Assembly: GCA_951406725.2 (NCBI GenBank)
Contig: OX597827.1
Location: forward strand, 25,916,001-25,980,000
Length of the DNA: 64,000 bases
DNA from: Octopus vulgaris
Taxonomy: Eukaryota
Direction of reading: 5' to 3'
The position numbers were made by a program, and so were the translations under genes. A model generated the notes under the pieces. It was given only the letters and a program-made list of their open reading frames with translations, was not told the origin of the DNA and did no database searches. Of the stretch, positions 39,991 to 53,711 are shown piece after piece (within the stretch, counting starts at the first letter, position 1; every line of letters begins with the position of its first letter).

Positions 39991-41974
39991 TACAACATAT
40001 ATATTTATATATACGTACATATAAAAGAAAAATCGGGCTTCTCTCCTTTCCGTCTACTAAGTGCTCTATTTCTCACCGTTCCCGTAATAGCGTTGCTATG
40101 TTGTTAGCAGTTATGTAATAGTGAAGGAGTAATTACGTTGTTTGGTAGAACTAATGTTATTTCAAAGTACGAAGTCATGTTTTCAATTCAGCGCTTAGTG
40201 GTGGGAAAAATCGAAGAACCGGTAAAGCAGAGCGCAAGGAAGACTATGATAACAATTGTATCAAATGGCGGTATTCGTTTTATTTGTTTGAGAATAACTA
40301 GCGACCTTGTGAAGGTCTTGTGATTATTGGTTTGTCTCTAGCTTTGGTGAAGCTGTTGTTATTACTGAAAAAGTTATGTACACCAACTTGCCTTATTTCT
40401 CTTACTCTTTGTGAAAATTACATTCAAATAAAAGATTGATAGTAGGGTTTGTTTCGCAAGAATTCAGCTCTTGGCAGCCAATCCTGAATCTCCGAAATGG
40501 CAGTTTGATAGCGAGAGTAGTGTGAAGAAGGTGGACTCTTCCCTATCCAATGAAATTTTGATATTCGATTGCGTGTCAGGAGACAGAGACGCCCATCAGT
40601 TCAATTCTAGAAGCTTCTTTTGTATCCTTAGTTTTCAGATCTTTTGTTCCTCGCACAACGCCTTTATCGAAATAAATGGATTTCTACCTGTGTCCAGTCT
40701 TTGCGACAGATATAGAATTCATCTTATTCTCTTCATGTAATGATGTTGTGCGGAAGCAATTTTGTCCTTTTTTAAAACGTATTGAATGAGGAAACATTTT
40801 ACTCTGGCGGATACAATATCTTGTACGGTTTTGTTTATGAATGACGTGGCGAATATGCAGAGTCATTAAAACGTTAGACAAAATGCCATATCGTAATTCT
40901 TCTGGTTCTTTATGTCATGGTTTCAAATCCTCTCAATGCCATCTCTTACGTTTTAACTTATAGATTTTGTTATAAAATTTAATAGATTACATCGATTCCA
41001 GTCTAGATTTGAAAATATGGCATTGATTAACTCTTCTGAAAATTGCTGGCTTTGTGCCTAAATCAGGAAGAGCTATTTGTGTAGGGCTTCTGAGCTTAAA
41101 ATTCACAGAGCTCAGGTTTACCTTTCATCTTATCGGGGCGAATCATGAGTTGAGGATGGAAAATTGGCGGAATAGTAACAGCGTAAAAGAAGTTTCAGTG
41201 GCATCCAGCTCAGTCTTTTTGAGTTGTGAGTTCAAAATTTGCTTCCCTCATAAATGTGATCCACCTTCAATTTTACAAAGAAGGGCATGGCAACTGAAGC
41301 AACATCTCAGCTGTAACAATACAGAAACCACCGGGACCAGACATGAAGCGTTAGAAAAGCGAGGAAAGAAAATGAACACAACCTTTATAGGAATGGTAGC
41401 TGGTACTTGATGAATCAATTTATTTCCACTTACCTTTACGCAGAACACAAACTCAACATATTGCTTGCTTCCAGAAGCTGTAAATTTGAAAGATTTCTTT
41501 GAAGATTTCGCGTACAATACTCTGATCGAAAACATTTGATATCGATGAAAAAGAGAAATATACGAGTCACAAAGAGAAAAGAAACACATGAAAGATGAAA
41601 GAAGAAGGAATATGAAGATGAATGAAAGAGGAAATAGGGTTTATAGAATAAAGTAGAGATGCCTTAGGGGCGTGAAATATTTCATATCTAAAGGAACAGA
41701 AAAATCGATAGAGTTTTGAATTGATTAAATACTTCTAAAGAATATTATTTGTAAAAGACCGCCATTTCCATTTTCGACTGTCGTTACTGTAAACTTGTCT
41801 GATCTGCTTTCCTGAATGCAAATTGTCCCTAAGGTTGATTCGTAAAATCAATGTCACGTGTCTTAACATTTCTTATTTATTTCTATTCTATAAAGACACG
41901 TGATATTGATTTGGTTTTATCCAACATTACTTTCCTGTACAAAATGGCGAAGAAATTCATCTAAAATGACATTT

Positions 41975-42330
41975 TTCTTTAACTTGCCTCAGTCATTGGA
42001 TAACAGCCAGGTTGGGGTACCACTTTGAAGAGTTTAATAGAACAAATCAATTCCGTAAATATTTTCAAAGTATCGTACTTTTCCTGTCGGTTTTCTTTTT
42101 CTGAACCGCTAAGTTGGAAGTGGTAAGCGAACCAACTCCGGTTGTCAGATGGTGAAGGGAACAAACAGAACACAAACACAACCACCCTCATATCCGCTCG
42201 CAGTGGCATTCTCATACCCCGTGTCTACCAAATTAACACACTAGTTATTGGTCGGCTAGGGGCTATTGTACAAAACACTTGTCCAAGGTTTGACGCAGCT
42301 CAATTGAACACCAAACACGTGATTGCAAAA
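41975..42330 (-). mobile_element. SINE family A, highly diverged
   Basis: GAACCGCTAAGTT, GTCTACCAAAT, ACACTTGTCCAAGG landmarks in order. Confidence 0.7.
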
Positions 42331-42339
42331 CGAGTTCTT

Positions 42340-42630
42340 CATTCTTCTTCCTCTGCTCCTTTTTCTTTCAATCTTTCCGGTCAACGCTAAATTCTCCACG
42401 CATTTTACCCTCATCACATGACCAAGAGGTCCCAGTTGCATGGCCCTTATCCCACAGCCCGGGTCCTCAATTCTCCATTAGGCGCCTTCTTTATGCTATC
42501 CTCAATATTCTCCTCAAGAACCACATTCCCCAACAATCCAAGCACCCCATTCTTGATGTTATAGACCATTCCTCAATTCCATGCTTTATCACAGGGTAGA
42601 CACAGGCGTTCAATGTCATACTTCACCGTA
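42340..42630 (-). mobile_element. RTE-clade LINE 3' fragment
   Basis: LGHVMR..CVENLALTGKIERKRSRGRR, typical of RTE/BovB C-termini. Confidence 0.75.
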
Positions 42631-42769
42631 TTAAGAAAGGGAAGCACTCGTTGGTTAGTATAGCTGTGCGTTTACAAGATATGGAATTTTAAGGTAGGAA
42701 GGTCCTTGTATATTAGTCGTTTCTAGAAGGAGGGAAACAAAAACAATGACAACAGTGACAACAGCAACA

Positions 42770-42950
42770 GTGGAGGTGCAATGGCCCAGTGGTTAGGGCA
42801 GCGGACCCGCGGTCGTAAGAACGTGGTTTCGATTCCCAGACGGGCATTGTAAGTGTTGATTGCGCAAAAACACCTAAGCTCCATGAGGCTCCACCTGGGA
42901 GGGGTGGTGAACCCCGCTGTACTCTTTCACCACAACATTCTCTCACTCTT
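42770..42950 (+). mobile_element. SINE family D 5' part
   Basis: TGGCCCAGTGG box A, TTTCGATTCC box B; matches 26968-27270. Confidence 0.85.
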
Positions 42951-43487
42951 TCTTCAAACGTCTGTCACAAAGCAGAGGAAACATGGTGTAGCCCACTATT
43001 GTGTGGTAAACTTTCAGACCCTAGTCTACATTGCGAATCCTCTGTACCCCAGGATGGTTCAGCTCCCCACCCGTTAAAAGGTACCGTTTACGGAATAAGG
43101 ATAACAACGTAGCTTTCGTGCCCGTGCAACCACCAGTCTACCGCGTGTAGTGGGTGGATCTTCAAGTTGCCACACGCATTCTTAGTAGCTTAGAGTAGGC
43201 TCGAATTAGAGATTATTCTTTGTGGATAATGGCGTGAGTCCTGATTGGAAGAAGAAGAAGAAGAAGAAGAAGAAGAAGAAGAAGAAGAAGAAGAAGAAGA
43301 AGAAGAAGAAGAAGAAGAAGAAGAAGACAACAGCGACAAAAACAACAATAGCAATAACTCGTAGGAAAATAAAAGGCAATGCGCAACTCAGAGTCACACC
43401 ATAATTAACCGAAGCCAGACCTGTCGATTCTGATATGATGACATGATTGGAAAATATGTTAAATATTATAGGTTAATGTTCATGAGC

Positions 43488-43679
43488 AGACGTGGCTGTG
43501 TGGTAAGTAGCTTCCTTCCCAACCACATGGTTCCGGGTTCAGTCCCACTGCGTGACACCTTGGGCAAGTGTCTTCTACTTGCTAACCAAACCCTTGTGAG
43601 AGGATCTGGTAGACAGCAACTGAAAGAAGCCCGTCGTATTTATGTATATATATATATATATATATATAAGAAGCCCGTC

Positions 43680-43731
<52 letters not shown>

Positions 43732-43990
43732 GTGTGTGTGTATGTGTGTGTGTATGTGTGTACGTGTGTGTGTCTGTGTATCTGTGTTTGTCTGCCCCAC
43801 CATCGCTTGACAACCGATGTTGGTGTGTTTACGTATCCGAAAGTTAGCGGTTCGGCAATAAGATACCGATAGAATAAATGGTAGGCTTACAAAGAATAAG
43901 TCTTGGGGTAGATTTCTTCGACTAAAAGGAGGTCCTCCAGCATGGCCGCATTCAAATGACTGAAACAGATAATAGAATAAAAGAATAAAT
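43488..43990 (+). mobile_element. SINE family A, with AAGAAGCCCGTCGTA duplicated around the internal (TA)n
   Basis: Full collinear match; duplicated motif at ~43624 and ~43668. Confidence 0.92.
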
Positions 43991-45089
43991 CTGTAAAGTG
44001 GGGAAAAAACGTTTTACAAAGCTGAGAGAGAATTATTCGTCGCTCGTGAATCCTTCATCAACTGTACGCTCATGTTTCTTTTTCCCTGTTTTGAATATGT
44101 CCTTAAAAGAACACCACAGCAGAGAAAGATTATGGAATAAGCTTCCTAAAATATCAGACGCAAACAAAAGCAAGTTCAGTTTGTTGAACACTGCTCGTAA
44201 AGTAAAGAAGAGCTGGTTAGTAACACCCTTAGTTGAATGCATCGGCACGGTTGTAATCACAGTGTCACTCTGAAACATACGTCGAATTGATAAGACTGAA
44301 AATCGCTGAGCGGAAATATTCCATGGCATGGAAGATAGAGCTAGGTGGAAGACCAGGGTCATGCAATTTGGGGCAATCTCGACCTGATTGATACACGGGA
44401 TACACGCAACAACTGAATTCAAAGCGACTGGTGACAGTAACAACTGCATTGTTGAAGAAAATAGAGAAAACGACCAACATTTCGGGATAGAGTTCTTCTG
44501 TTGAGAAAGCTGGCCAGAAGGAAATTAAAGAAAGGCTGCGGAATTTCACATCATTTGGGTTTTAAAAAGCAGCTGCAACCGATGAAGGATGCAAAACAAC
44601 ACAGATTTCCTAAATAAACAGTAAGTAGTAGTAGAGAGAGGGATAAGAGAGGAGAGAGGGAGAAGGTAAAAGAGATGAGGTGGAGAAGCGAGTAAAGACG
44701 AGGGTGTGATGAAGAGAAAGAATTGGGGTGAAAGAGGAGATTAAGGATAAGAAAGAGATGATTCAATTAAAAGAAGGTGTAGGACTAGAAGGAGAAAGAC
44801 TCGTTTAAAACCGTCACTGACATGATGCCAACTTCGAATATGAAATGTTGTTCGTTTTATTTCTTTGTGGTTGTGGTGGTCAGAAATGTTACACATTCTG
44901 GGCAATGTGACTGTGTGATGTAAGCCCTGTAGCGGTTTGCTATCGTGATCCCGTGATCGACCAGACTATTCCATGTTGTTATACATCGCTGGTTACAATG
45001 CACTTTGTACATGTTTTAGCTTTCGGACGATCTCACTCCACTGGATTGATGAATAGGCCGACATTATTTCTGATTAGGAGACTATTCCG

Positions 45090-45245
45090 TCTCAGGGTTG
45101 CAGCTGAGTGAACTGTAACAACGTGAAACGTAGTGTTTTGCTCAAGGTGACAACGAGCGTCAAGCCACATGGTCCGCGAATCGAACCCATGATCGCTAGA
45201 TCGTGATTGCAACGCTCTGACCTCCAGGCAACAGGCCTTCATGTG
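45090..45245 (-). mobile_element. SINE family C fragment
   Basis: CAGCTGAGTGAACTG..ACAACGTGAAAC..AGTGTTTTGCTCAAG. Confidence 0.75.
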
Positions 45246-46496
45246 GTGGCTGCAGTACTGTTTCGTCGGCGAGCACACTTAACAGTTGCAGTCAGTTTCG
45301 CAAAGTGGATTAAAATTATTTCTTTGAAAACTCTTCTGTCAAATTTTCTACTCTCTCCGAAATAGAATTTCCTCTCCCCCACCCCGACACTCACTACAAT
45401 TTCACTATGCTCTTTCTGTCAATTTGTCTATATGTACAAATACACTGATATACACACACTCACAGAAACACATACACAAACATGTACTTAGGTTTAACGC
45501 AAAGGGGTGGATCAAATACAACGTACATAAGCATATTTGTATCAGGTAATTTTAAAAAGACGCTAAAACTATTTTAGAAATTAACGTTTCTAGCAAAAAT
45601 TTCGTCAATAAGCTCAAGTGACTTTGTTAGAATATTGTAAAATACTTCTTATCATGTTTTATTGTATTTAGATTTCAATTCTTTCTATAATATTGCGTTC
45701 TTAGGCTGGTTCATCATCTCGATTTATTTCTAAGACTTTTGAGAACGCCTAATTAAAGAGAGACGTCTCTTTTCGACTTTATGATTCTCAGTACAAGTTA
45801 TTAACATTTGCCCCGTTCCTACCAAGAAGTAAACGATTATTTCATTCTATTTTAAAATTATAGCATGGAAGCTATTTACAATAAGCTAACAGAAAGAAAG
45901 TCTGCGGCCAATATAACTGATTATACTATTTTAATGGTTGAAAACAAAACAGAAACCTCTCATAATTCGCCTGTGGTAGCAATACGCATAAAATAATTTC
46001 TTTATCAAAGAATATCACAGCAGGTTTAGAACGAGATTTGCAGGTTTCGAAAAGAATCTGAAAATTGTAATTATGCATTTGGCCGGAAGCTGAGATATCG
46101 AAGAGAAAGGGAAAAAAAAGATTGCTAATTAAAACCAGTTCTTGAAAAATGCCAAGAACTGTTCTAATTTTTTTTTTAATGTTAAATTCTTCGTTCAAGC
46201 TACGTTGTATCATGAAGAAATGGCCGTCACAATTGTCTCCAAAGATGAAATGAACTTCGTGATAACCGCCAGCATAATAGAAAATATGGAGATAGTGTTA
46301 TAATACTGTATGTGTTTTACTAGCAAAGGCGTCGGTTCTTTCATTTACTAAAATGAAAATCGTGTAGTATGATAATTGATGTACACTTTCTCGAAGTGTC
46401 CTTTTGCAATTGCAAGGCAGCAGAGTAATTTTATATTTCTTCTGCTCATAACAGTAAATTAATCAACATGTTTGCTTAAAATCATTAATAATACAT

Positions 46497-46656
46497 AGGA
46501 GTGGCTTTGTGGTAAGTAGCTTGCTTATGAACCAGATAGTTCCGGGTTCAGTCCCACTGCATGACACCTTGGGAAAGTGTCTTCTAGTATAGCCTCGGGC
46601 CGACCAAAGCCTTATGATTGGATTTGGTAGACGAAAACTGAAAGAAGCCCGTCGTA

Positions 46657-46695
<39 letters not shown>

Positions 46696-46921
46696 ACGTA
46701 TGTGTGTTTGTATATGTTTGTGTGTCTGTGTTTGTCCCCCTTGATGACCGATGCTGGTGTGTTTACGTCCCCGTAACTTAGCGGTTCGGCAAAAAGAGAC
46801 CGATAGAGTAAGTACTATGCTTTCAAAGAATAAGTCCTGGGGTCGATTTGCTCGACTAAAGGAGGTGCTCCAGCGTGGCCACAGTCAGGTGACTGAAACA
46901 AATAAAAGAGTATAAAAGAGT
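46497..46921 (+). mobile_element. SINE family A, full length
   Basis: Collinear match to the other copies. Confidence 0.93.
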
Positions 46922-48659
46922 ATTACACTTTGGTTTGCATTGAACCCTATTAACAATTTATAACGGATCAATATGTCTGCCAAAAGAAATGCTGGATTCA
47001 AGTACATTTAAAAGCAATGAGTATTGTTTAATGCAGTTCCCGAAATGATGGGAAAAAACATGGCTTTATTGAAAAAGTTTCCTAACATCGGAGAAAAAAA
47101 TTAATAAAAGAACTACATAATCATTTTATAATTATCGATTATTTAATTCAAGTAATAAATTTACTGGTTATTAAAAATCTGAAACAAATAACGATTTCAG
47201 TTCAACTCATATAAACATTGATTTCTTCTTTTCTTTTGCTTATTTTAGGAAGGCACTGGGCAGCAATGTTTTATTTCAGGGCCTTTGAGTATGTTTCGCA
47301 GAGGGGACAGAGAAACCGGGATTTGTGGAGAGAAGAGACTTGTTCTAAGTAGTGACAATACAGTGGACACCATTAAAGAAACTGATGGTGAGGAAGTAGC
47401 ATTATATCGGATAAGGGATTAGGTATAACAGTTATAAGCGCGGAATGAACTCGTGCAACTATTTTGCAACTATTTTGAAAGCCACTGTGTAAAATAAGAG
47501 AATGTGGCGAAATTGTGATGTGAGGCTTTCCTAGAAGCACCTACACAAACGAGAAACGAATCATATACGCTCTTCATTGTTCGTATATATTGATTCAGCC
47601 TCGGAAAGAAAAGTTTAATTTTGTTAACAAACGCTATACAGATTTGTTTCCTAAAAGAGTGAGCGTTTCCGTGTGCTTCCATTTCAGTATATACCAAGGA
47701 ATTTGATACAGCACCACATCGTTAATCAATCTCATTTGAGTCAAGGGAAGATTTCTACTCAATTAAACCCTCGTATAACGAGACGAGATGGATGATTACA
47801 GATTTGTTATCCAGACACGTCAAGTCAATCGAACATCATTATGTTGATATTCCTACTCGTCATAGAATCATTATTTCATTGCAGAGCACATAACATAATA
47901 TTATTATGTAACAGTGTACCTAATACACGTATTTTAAACTTTGCTTCAATAGTCTTACATATATATATAAGGAGAAGTGTAAGTACAATAATTGTTTCTC
48001 ATTTTATGGTGATACGAAAATGCAAACAATAAACTATATAATCCTTCAAGCACAGAATTAAATCATTGGTGTTTATTGATGTGTAGGAACAGCCATTGGC
48101 TTTGAAGCATGTGATATTGATTCGTAATAAAGGCCGAGAATTATCATCTCATCTTTTACAGTAATACACGTACGGTTGTCTTCTCTGGAGCAGCTTCGAA
48201 TATAATGATATCAAACAGAGCGATGCAAAGCCAGATAAAATGATTACTAATCGCATTTCTTATCAAAGATACATACAATAATCTTCGATTACAATGTCGT
48301 TTATGTCAGCCGTATCAAAGTGATTTGCAGATAAGCGCCGACGACTGTGAACACGCACAGAAACACACTTGTTACACGTTGAAAACCTGTTGATGGTCGA
48401 ATTTTATCGTTGTGTATGTGCTTAAGTCTGTGTATGTAAATGCGGTGGTGACTTGGTGAGGTCGCACAGAGAAACACTTGTAGCTAATGGTTTACAACAG
48501 GAAGGTTAAACTATTACTTCATAAATAATCGAAAATCTGTTCGTTCGTCCGGCAGATGGGAAATTACGAGAGGATCACATGTAAGATGCCATCGACGAAA
48601 TATAAGGGAGCCATACAAACACCGGTACAACAGATAGCCAGACAAGGGGTGGTGACATA

Positions 48660-48910
48660 ATGAGGATGATGATGATGAAGATAATGATGGTGATGATGAT
48701 GAGGAGGAGGAGGAGGAGGATGATAATGATGATAATGATGTGGTAAAGATGATGATGATTATGATGATGATGATGTGGTGATGATGATAATGATGATGAT
48801 GATGATTATGATGATGATAATGATGATGATGATGATGATGAGGATCTGGTGATGATGATGATAATAATATTACAACATTACTGATGCTACTGCTACTACC
48901 ACCACTGCTT

Positions 48911-48966
<56 letters not shown>

Positions 48967-49150
48967 GCTACTACTACTCTACTAATAATATTAATAACAA
49001 TGATGATGATGTGGTGGTGACGATTATGATGATGATGATGATGATGATAATATTATTATTGTTTCAGCAGAAACAACAACAACAACAGCAACAGCAACAA
49101 CGACAGCAATGGGAACAACAACAGCAGTAACAAAAAGAAAAACAACAATA
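48660..49150. repeat. Compound (GAT)n/(GAG)n/(TAC)n/(CAA)n microsatellite
   Basis: Directly visible. Confidence 0.95.
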
Positions 49151-49957
49151 ATTTCCTTTGTTTAAATTGTTTAAAAGCTAAATCATTATTAGCGAAATAT
49201 GTGAACCCATGAAGGACATAGACCATCCACTGTAGCAGAGCCTCAAAAAAGGGACAGTCAAAGAACCCCCAAAATTTAGGACCACCGTTAACATCAAAGG
49301 TACGAGCTCCCTCGCAAATCTGATCCTCCAATAAACAGGTGCATGCTTAAAGTAGTTCCTATCACCTTAACTATTTTTTGCCACAGTCACCACCCTGTTT
49401 TACATATTCACTGTGTGAGAGTATTTCCCTCACCACCCTCTCTTTCTTTTCCAGGTGGAGATTAAAAATATCGATGAGGGTTGGCGGAAGCGAAAGGTGT
49501 CTTTCCTAAATTCTTTCAGCCTAGTGCAATACCACTTCATTTGCCGTAATCAACGAGCAGAAGATAAGCACTTGCCCTGCTCTCTTAAAACTGAGGCATG
49601 TGGTGATCTTCGCGATGGACTCGGTTGATAATCGGATTCAACCTGCACACCACAACAGCTTTTCGACATAAAGTCACAAGTCAGAAATGTTCGGACACTG
49701 CATGAGAGCGTATAGTATCCTTTCGTCGCTGTACACGCCTCTCGGTCAGTCCTGCCTGGCGGTACTTCCCTGCCTGTGCGGTTTATCTCGAACCGGCAGT
49801 GACAACCCTGCAGCACTACACGGCCAGGAACTCAGAAATTTAGTTAAGATACTTTCCAGCAAGAATACCCTTTGAAACAGGCCAGCTATTTCGTCCTCAC
49901 CGACACTCAAAGCTTTCTTGGGAACATCAACTTAACCGCTATTTTATATCGCAGGGT

Positions 49958-50205
49958 TTTGTGGCGAACCCTGCTGTACTCTTTCATCACAACTTTCTCT
50001 CACTCTTCTTTCTGTTTCTGTTGTACTTCTATTTCAAAGGGCCAGCCTTGTCACACTGTGTCACGCTGAATCTCGCAGAGAAATACGTTAAAGATATACG
50101 TGTCTGTGGAGTGTTCAGCCACTTCCACGTTAATTTCCCGGGCAAGGTGTTCCGATAATCGGATCAACTGAAACCCTCGTCATCGTAACCGTCTGAGTAC
50201 CACGA
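49958..50205 (+). mobile_element. SINE family D 3' part
   Basis: Overlaps 42905-42955 in sequence (GAACCC.GCTGTACTCTTTCA.CACAAC) and matches 13895-14080. Confidence 0.78.
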
Positions 50206-50235
50206 CGTTTTATATGTATATATAAATATTTACAA

Positions 50236-50315
<80 letters not shown>

Positions 50316-50500
50316 CAGATGGGATCGGGAGAATCTCAATATAGAAAAAAAATGTAGCGTTCAAATCATTTGAACTTATTCTCCAATATCTTTACTGAGC
50401 ACAAACTAATCAGGGTAAAGAGTAGCTATAAGGGGTATCTATGTAAGCAATTATGGAGAAGATGATTCAACTAAACAGATAAATCCTTGCGCTTTAATGT

Positions 50501-50556
<56 letters not shown>

Positions 50557-51152
50557 TGTATAGAGATAAGTGAAGAAATGGACCAGCAATTAACAATTAG
50601 AAGTTGATCCTTGCTTTTAAATGGTCATAGCTTAATTGTAGTTAAAAGAACATTTACAGCTGTTTCAGTTTTTTTTTTTTTTTAGGTATCAAGTGAGCTC
50701 GGTATCTCACCGATGTATGGCAGTGTGTAGCAAAATACACAGCATTAGTTAGCAGAAAGCGAGCACTTCAGCAGCAACTCTACGCAAGACCGTATATCTA
50801 TCAAAAGATTCAGAATGATTCCAGGACCTAAAGGAAATCGAACTTACGCTATACCTAGCATATAGCACAGTCCTAGTTCCCGTAGATTAATACCTGTTTG
50901 GATCTGTAGGTCACTTTCTGCGCTCGCGACGCTTCGGCAACTAAGAGGAGGTCGAAACTTGAGTTGAATGACGAGAACCAGAATTAGCGTGAGGTCAACG
51001 AAATGGCAGAAAGATAGCTTCATATGGTGCAACACAAAAGCCTCTATTATGTACGCTAGGCTGTTTTCGTTGTAACTTTACGAATTAAGCAGATAAGTTA
51101 AGAAAATAATAAAACCTTTGACTCAACACAAGGGATCGATAGAACGATAGAT

Positions 51153-51194
<42 letters not shown>

Positions 51195-51197
51195 ATA

Positions 51198-51242
<45 letters not shown>

Positions 51243-51245
<3 letters not shown>

Positions 51246-51622
51246 GTAGGAGTGGCTGTGTGGTAAGTTGCTTGCTTACGAACCACATTGTTCCGTGTTC
51301 ATTCCCACTGCGTGGCATCTTGGGCAAGTGTCTTCTACTATAGCCTCGGGCCGACCAAAGCCTTGTGAGTGGATTTGGTAGGCGGAAACTGAAAGAAGCC
51401 CGTCGTATATATGTGTGTATGTTTGTGTGTTGTGTTTATCCACCCCCCCAACATCGCTTGACAACCGATGTCCCTGTCACTTAGCGGTTCGGCAAAAGCG
51501 ACCAATAGAATAAGTACTGGGCTTACAAAGAATAAGTCCTGGGGTTGATTTGCTCGACTAAAGGTGGTGCTCCAGCATGGCCACAGTCAAATGACTGAAA
51601 CAAGTAAAGGAGAGTAAAGAGT
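51243..51622 (+). mobile_element. SINE family A, full length
   Basis: Collinear match. Confidence 0.93.
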
Positions 51623-51623
51623 A

Positions 51624-51700
<77 letters not shown>

Positions 51701-52864
51701 GAGAGAGATAGAAAGATACACACGTGTGCACAAGTGACTGTGTATGTTTTCAATTTTCTGGATGCCATAGAAGTACAAAACTAATGATTTAAGATGTTTT
51801 GGGAGGCAATTCCCATAATCTAGGATCTGTTCCATGATTTCTTCAACAATTTAATGATGATCTCCAGAACAGCACATGAGAGATAAAACTTTAGCAAGAT
51901 ACCAACCAATGAGCACCATGTCGCCTTCTTGTTATCAACCCGTAATTGTATTTTGCGCGCCCATATGCGCGAGCTTGCTCGCTCGTGCGTTGTTTATTTG
52001 ACAGGAAATTTGGCTTCGACACAAAAATAAAATCTCCGTATGCACACATCAATAAATCTGTATTCTAAACATATATACACAGGCACATACATATATACAC
52101 ACACTCACAGTCATACGCTCATACACACACACGCACACAGGGGTATATTAAAACATATTTGGGAAATTGTTTCCAGGACGAAGAATGCTCTTTATGTATG
52201 CATATGTATGCATATGCATACACACACACATATATACATATATATACATATGCACACACACACACACACACGCATACACACACACATATATATATATATA
52301 TATGTATACGAATATATATATATATATATATATATATACACTCACACTCTCACAGACACACATGTATGTATATAATATATATGCTAAATTTTATGGTGCC
52401 ATATAAATAAAGTAAATGTTAGTCCCTACATATGCATACATACACACACACACAGATATATATGTATGCATATCTATATGTATATATATGCATATATGCA
52501 TGTATGTATATATATGTGTATATATAAAATTGAAATAGAGAGGAAATGAGAAAGAGAGAGAAAGGAAGTGAGCGAAATTGTTTGAAACTGCGAAGACATT
52601 TTATTTACCAAGAAACAATAACCAGGGTTTTGCCAAATGTTTATTTATTTAGCGTTTTCGTCTCTTCTGAGAGATTCATCACGGAGGACATATTTACAGA
52701 ACATTCATTCTTGTATACATACATACACACACACACACACATATAAGCAGTGGTACACCAAGTACGATCATTGCTATAAATAATATATTTATTATTCCAC
52801 CTATATGGTGCTCTATATTTGCTGGATAACAATATCAATATTTTAATAACATCTATATTTTCAT

Positions 52865-52901
<37 letters not shown>

Positions 52902-53490
52902 TGTATATCTTAGCTGCTTTTTCGTATACGAGCAAAGACGCTGCTAGAAAGAACCATTGAAATGAATCAATGTTGAAGCAAAGTGAGGACCTTGTATGAC
53001 CCTTCAGCCCGGCGCATGTCTTGCGCATTCTATTACATAATGCACAGCTGTGCTGGCTGGCAGAAGGACCAGGTGTCACAGTATAAACTCTGTTGACCTG
53101 CCTTCTCAATCCTCCAACTGAGAGTTACTCCTTTCCATATGTTGCACATGTTCAGTTGAGAACCATAGCCACATCACAATTTCCCATGGGCCGATGTCTG
53201 TGACTTCTCTGAAGGCTACCAAGGAACGCACGACTTTAGTACTTCATCCCACAAACCATACACACAGAAAACAACACTCCCTCATTTTCTACAGGTTCAT
53301 TCCTTCTAAGCCTTCTCCTAATCTTCTCGTGTTTCATTCTCTCTCCCTCAAACCTTGAACAACCATTGTGCCCTCTCTTCGTCTATCCAAGTCGGTCTTG
53401 TGCCTTTCTCTCCCAATCAACAACTGAAGTTCCAGTCAGCGTCAGAGCAATTCTGAGGCAGCCCTCGAACCTCAATTAAGTGCTCGGCTC

Positions 53491-53574
<84 letters not shown>

Positions 53575-53711
53575 ATTTATATTCGTATGTGTGTATGTAT
53601 GTATGTATGTATGTAGAGGGTTTTGAAGTGATGTACAGATATTGTACATTGAGGAAATACGGTAGTCAGAATGTTGGATGAGTATATATATATTGGATGA
53701 TTATATATATA

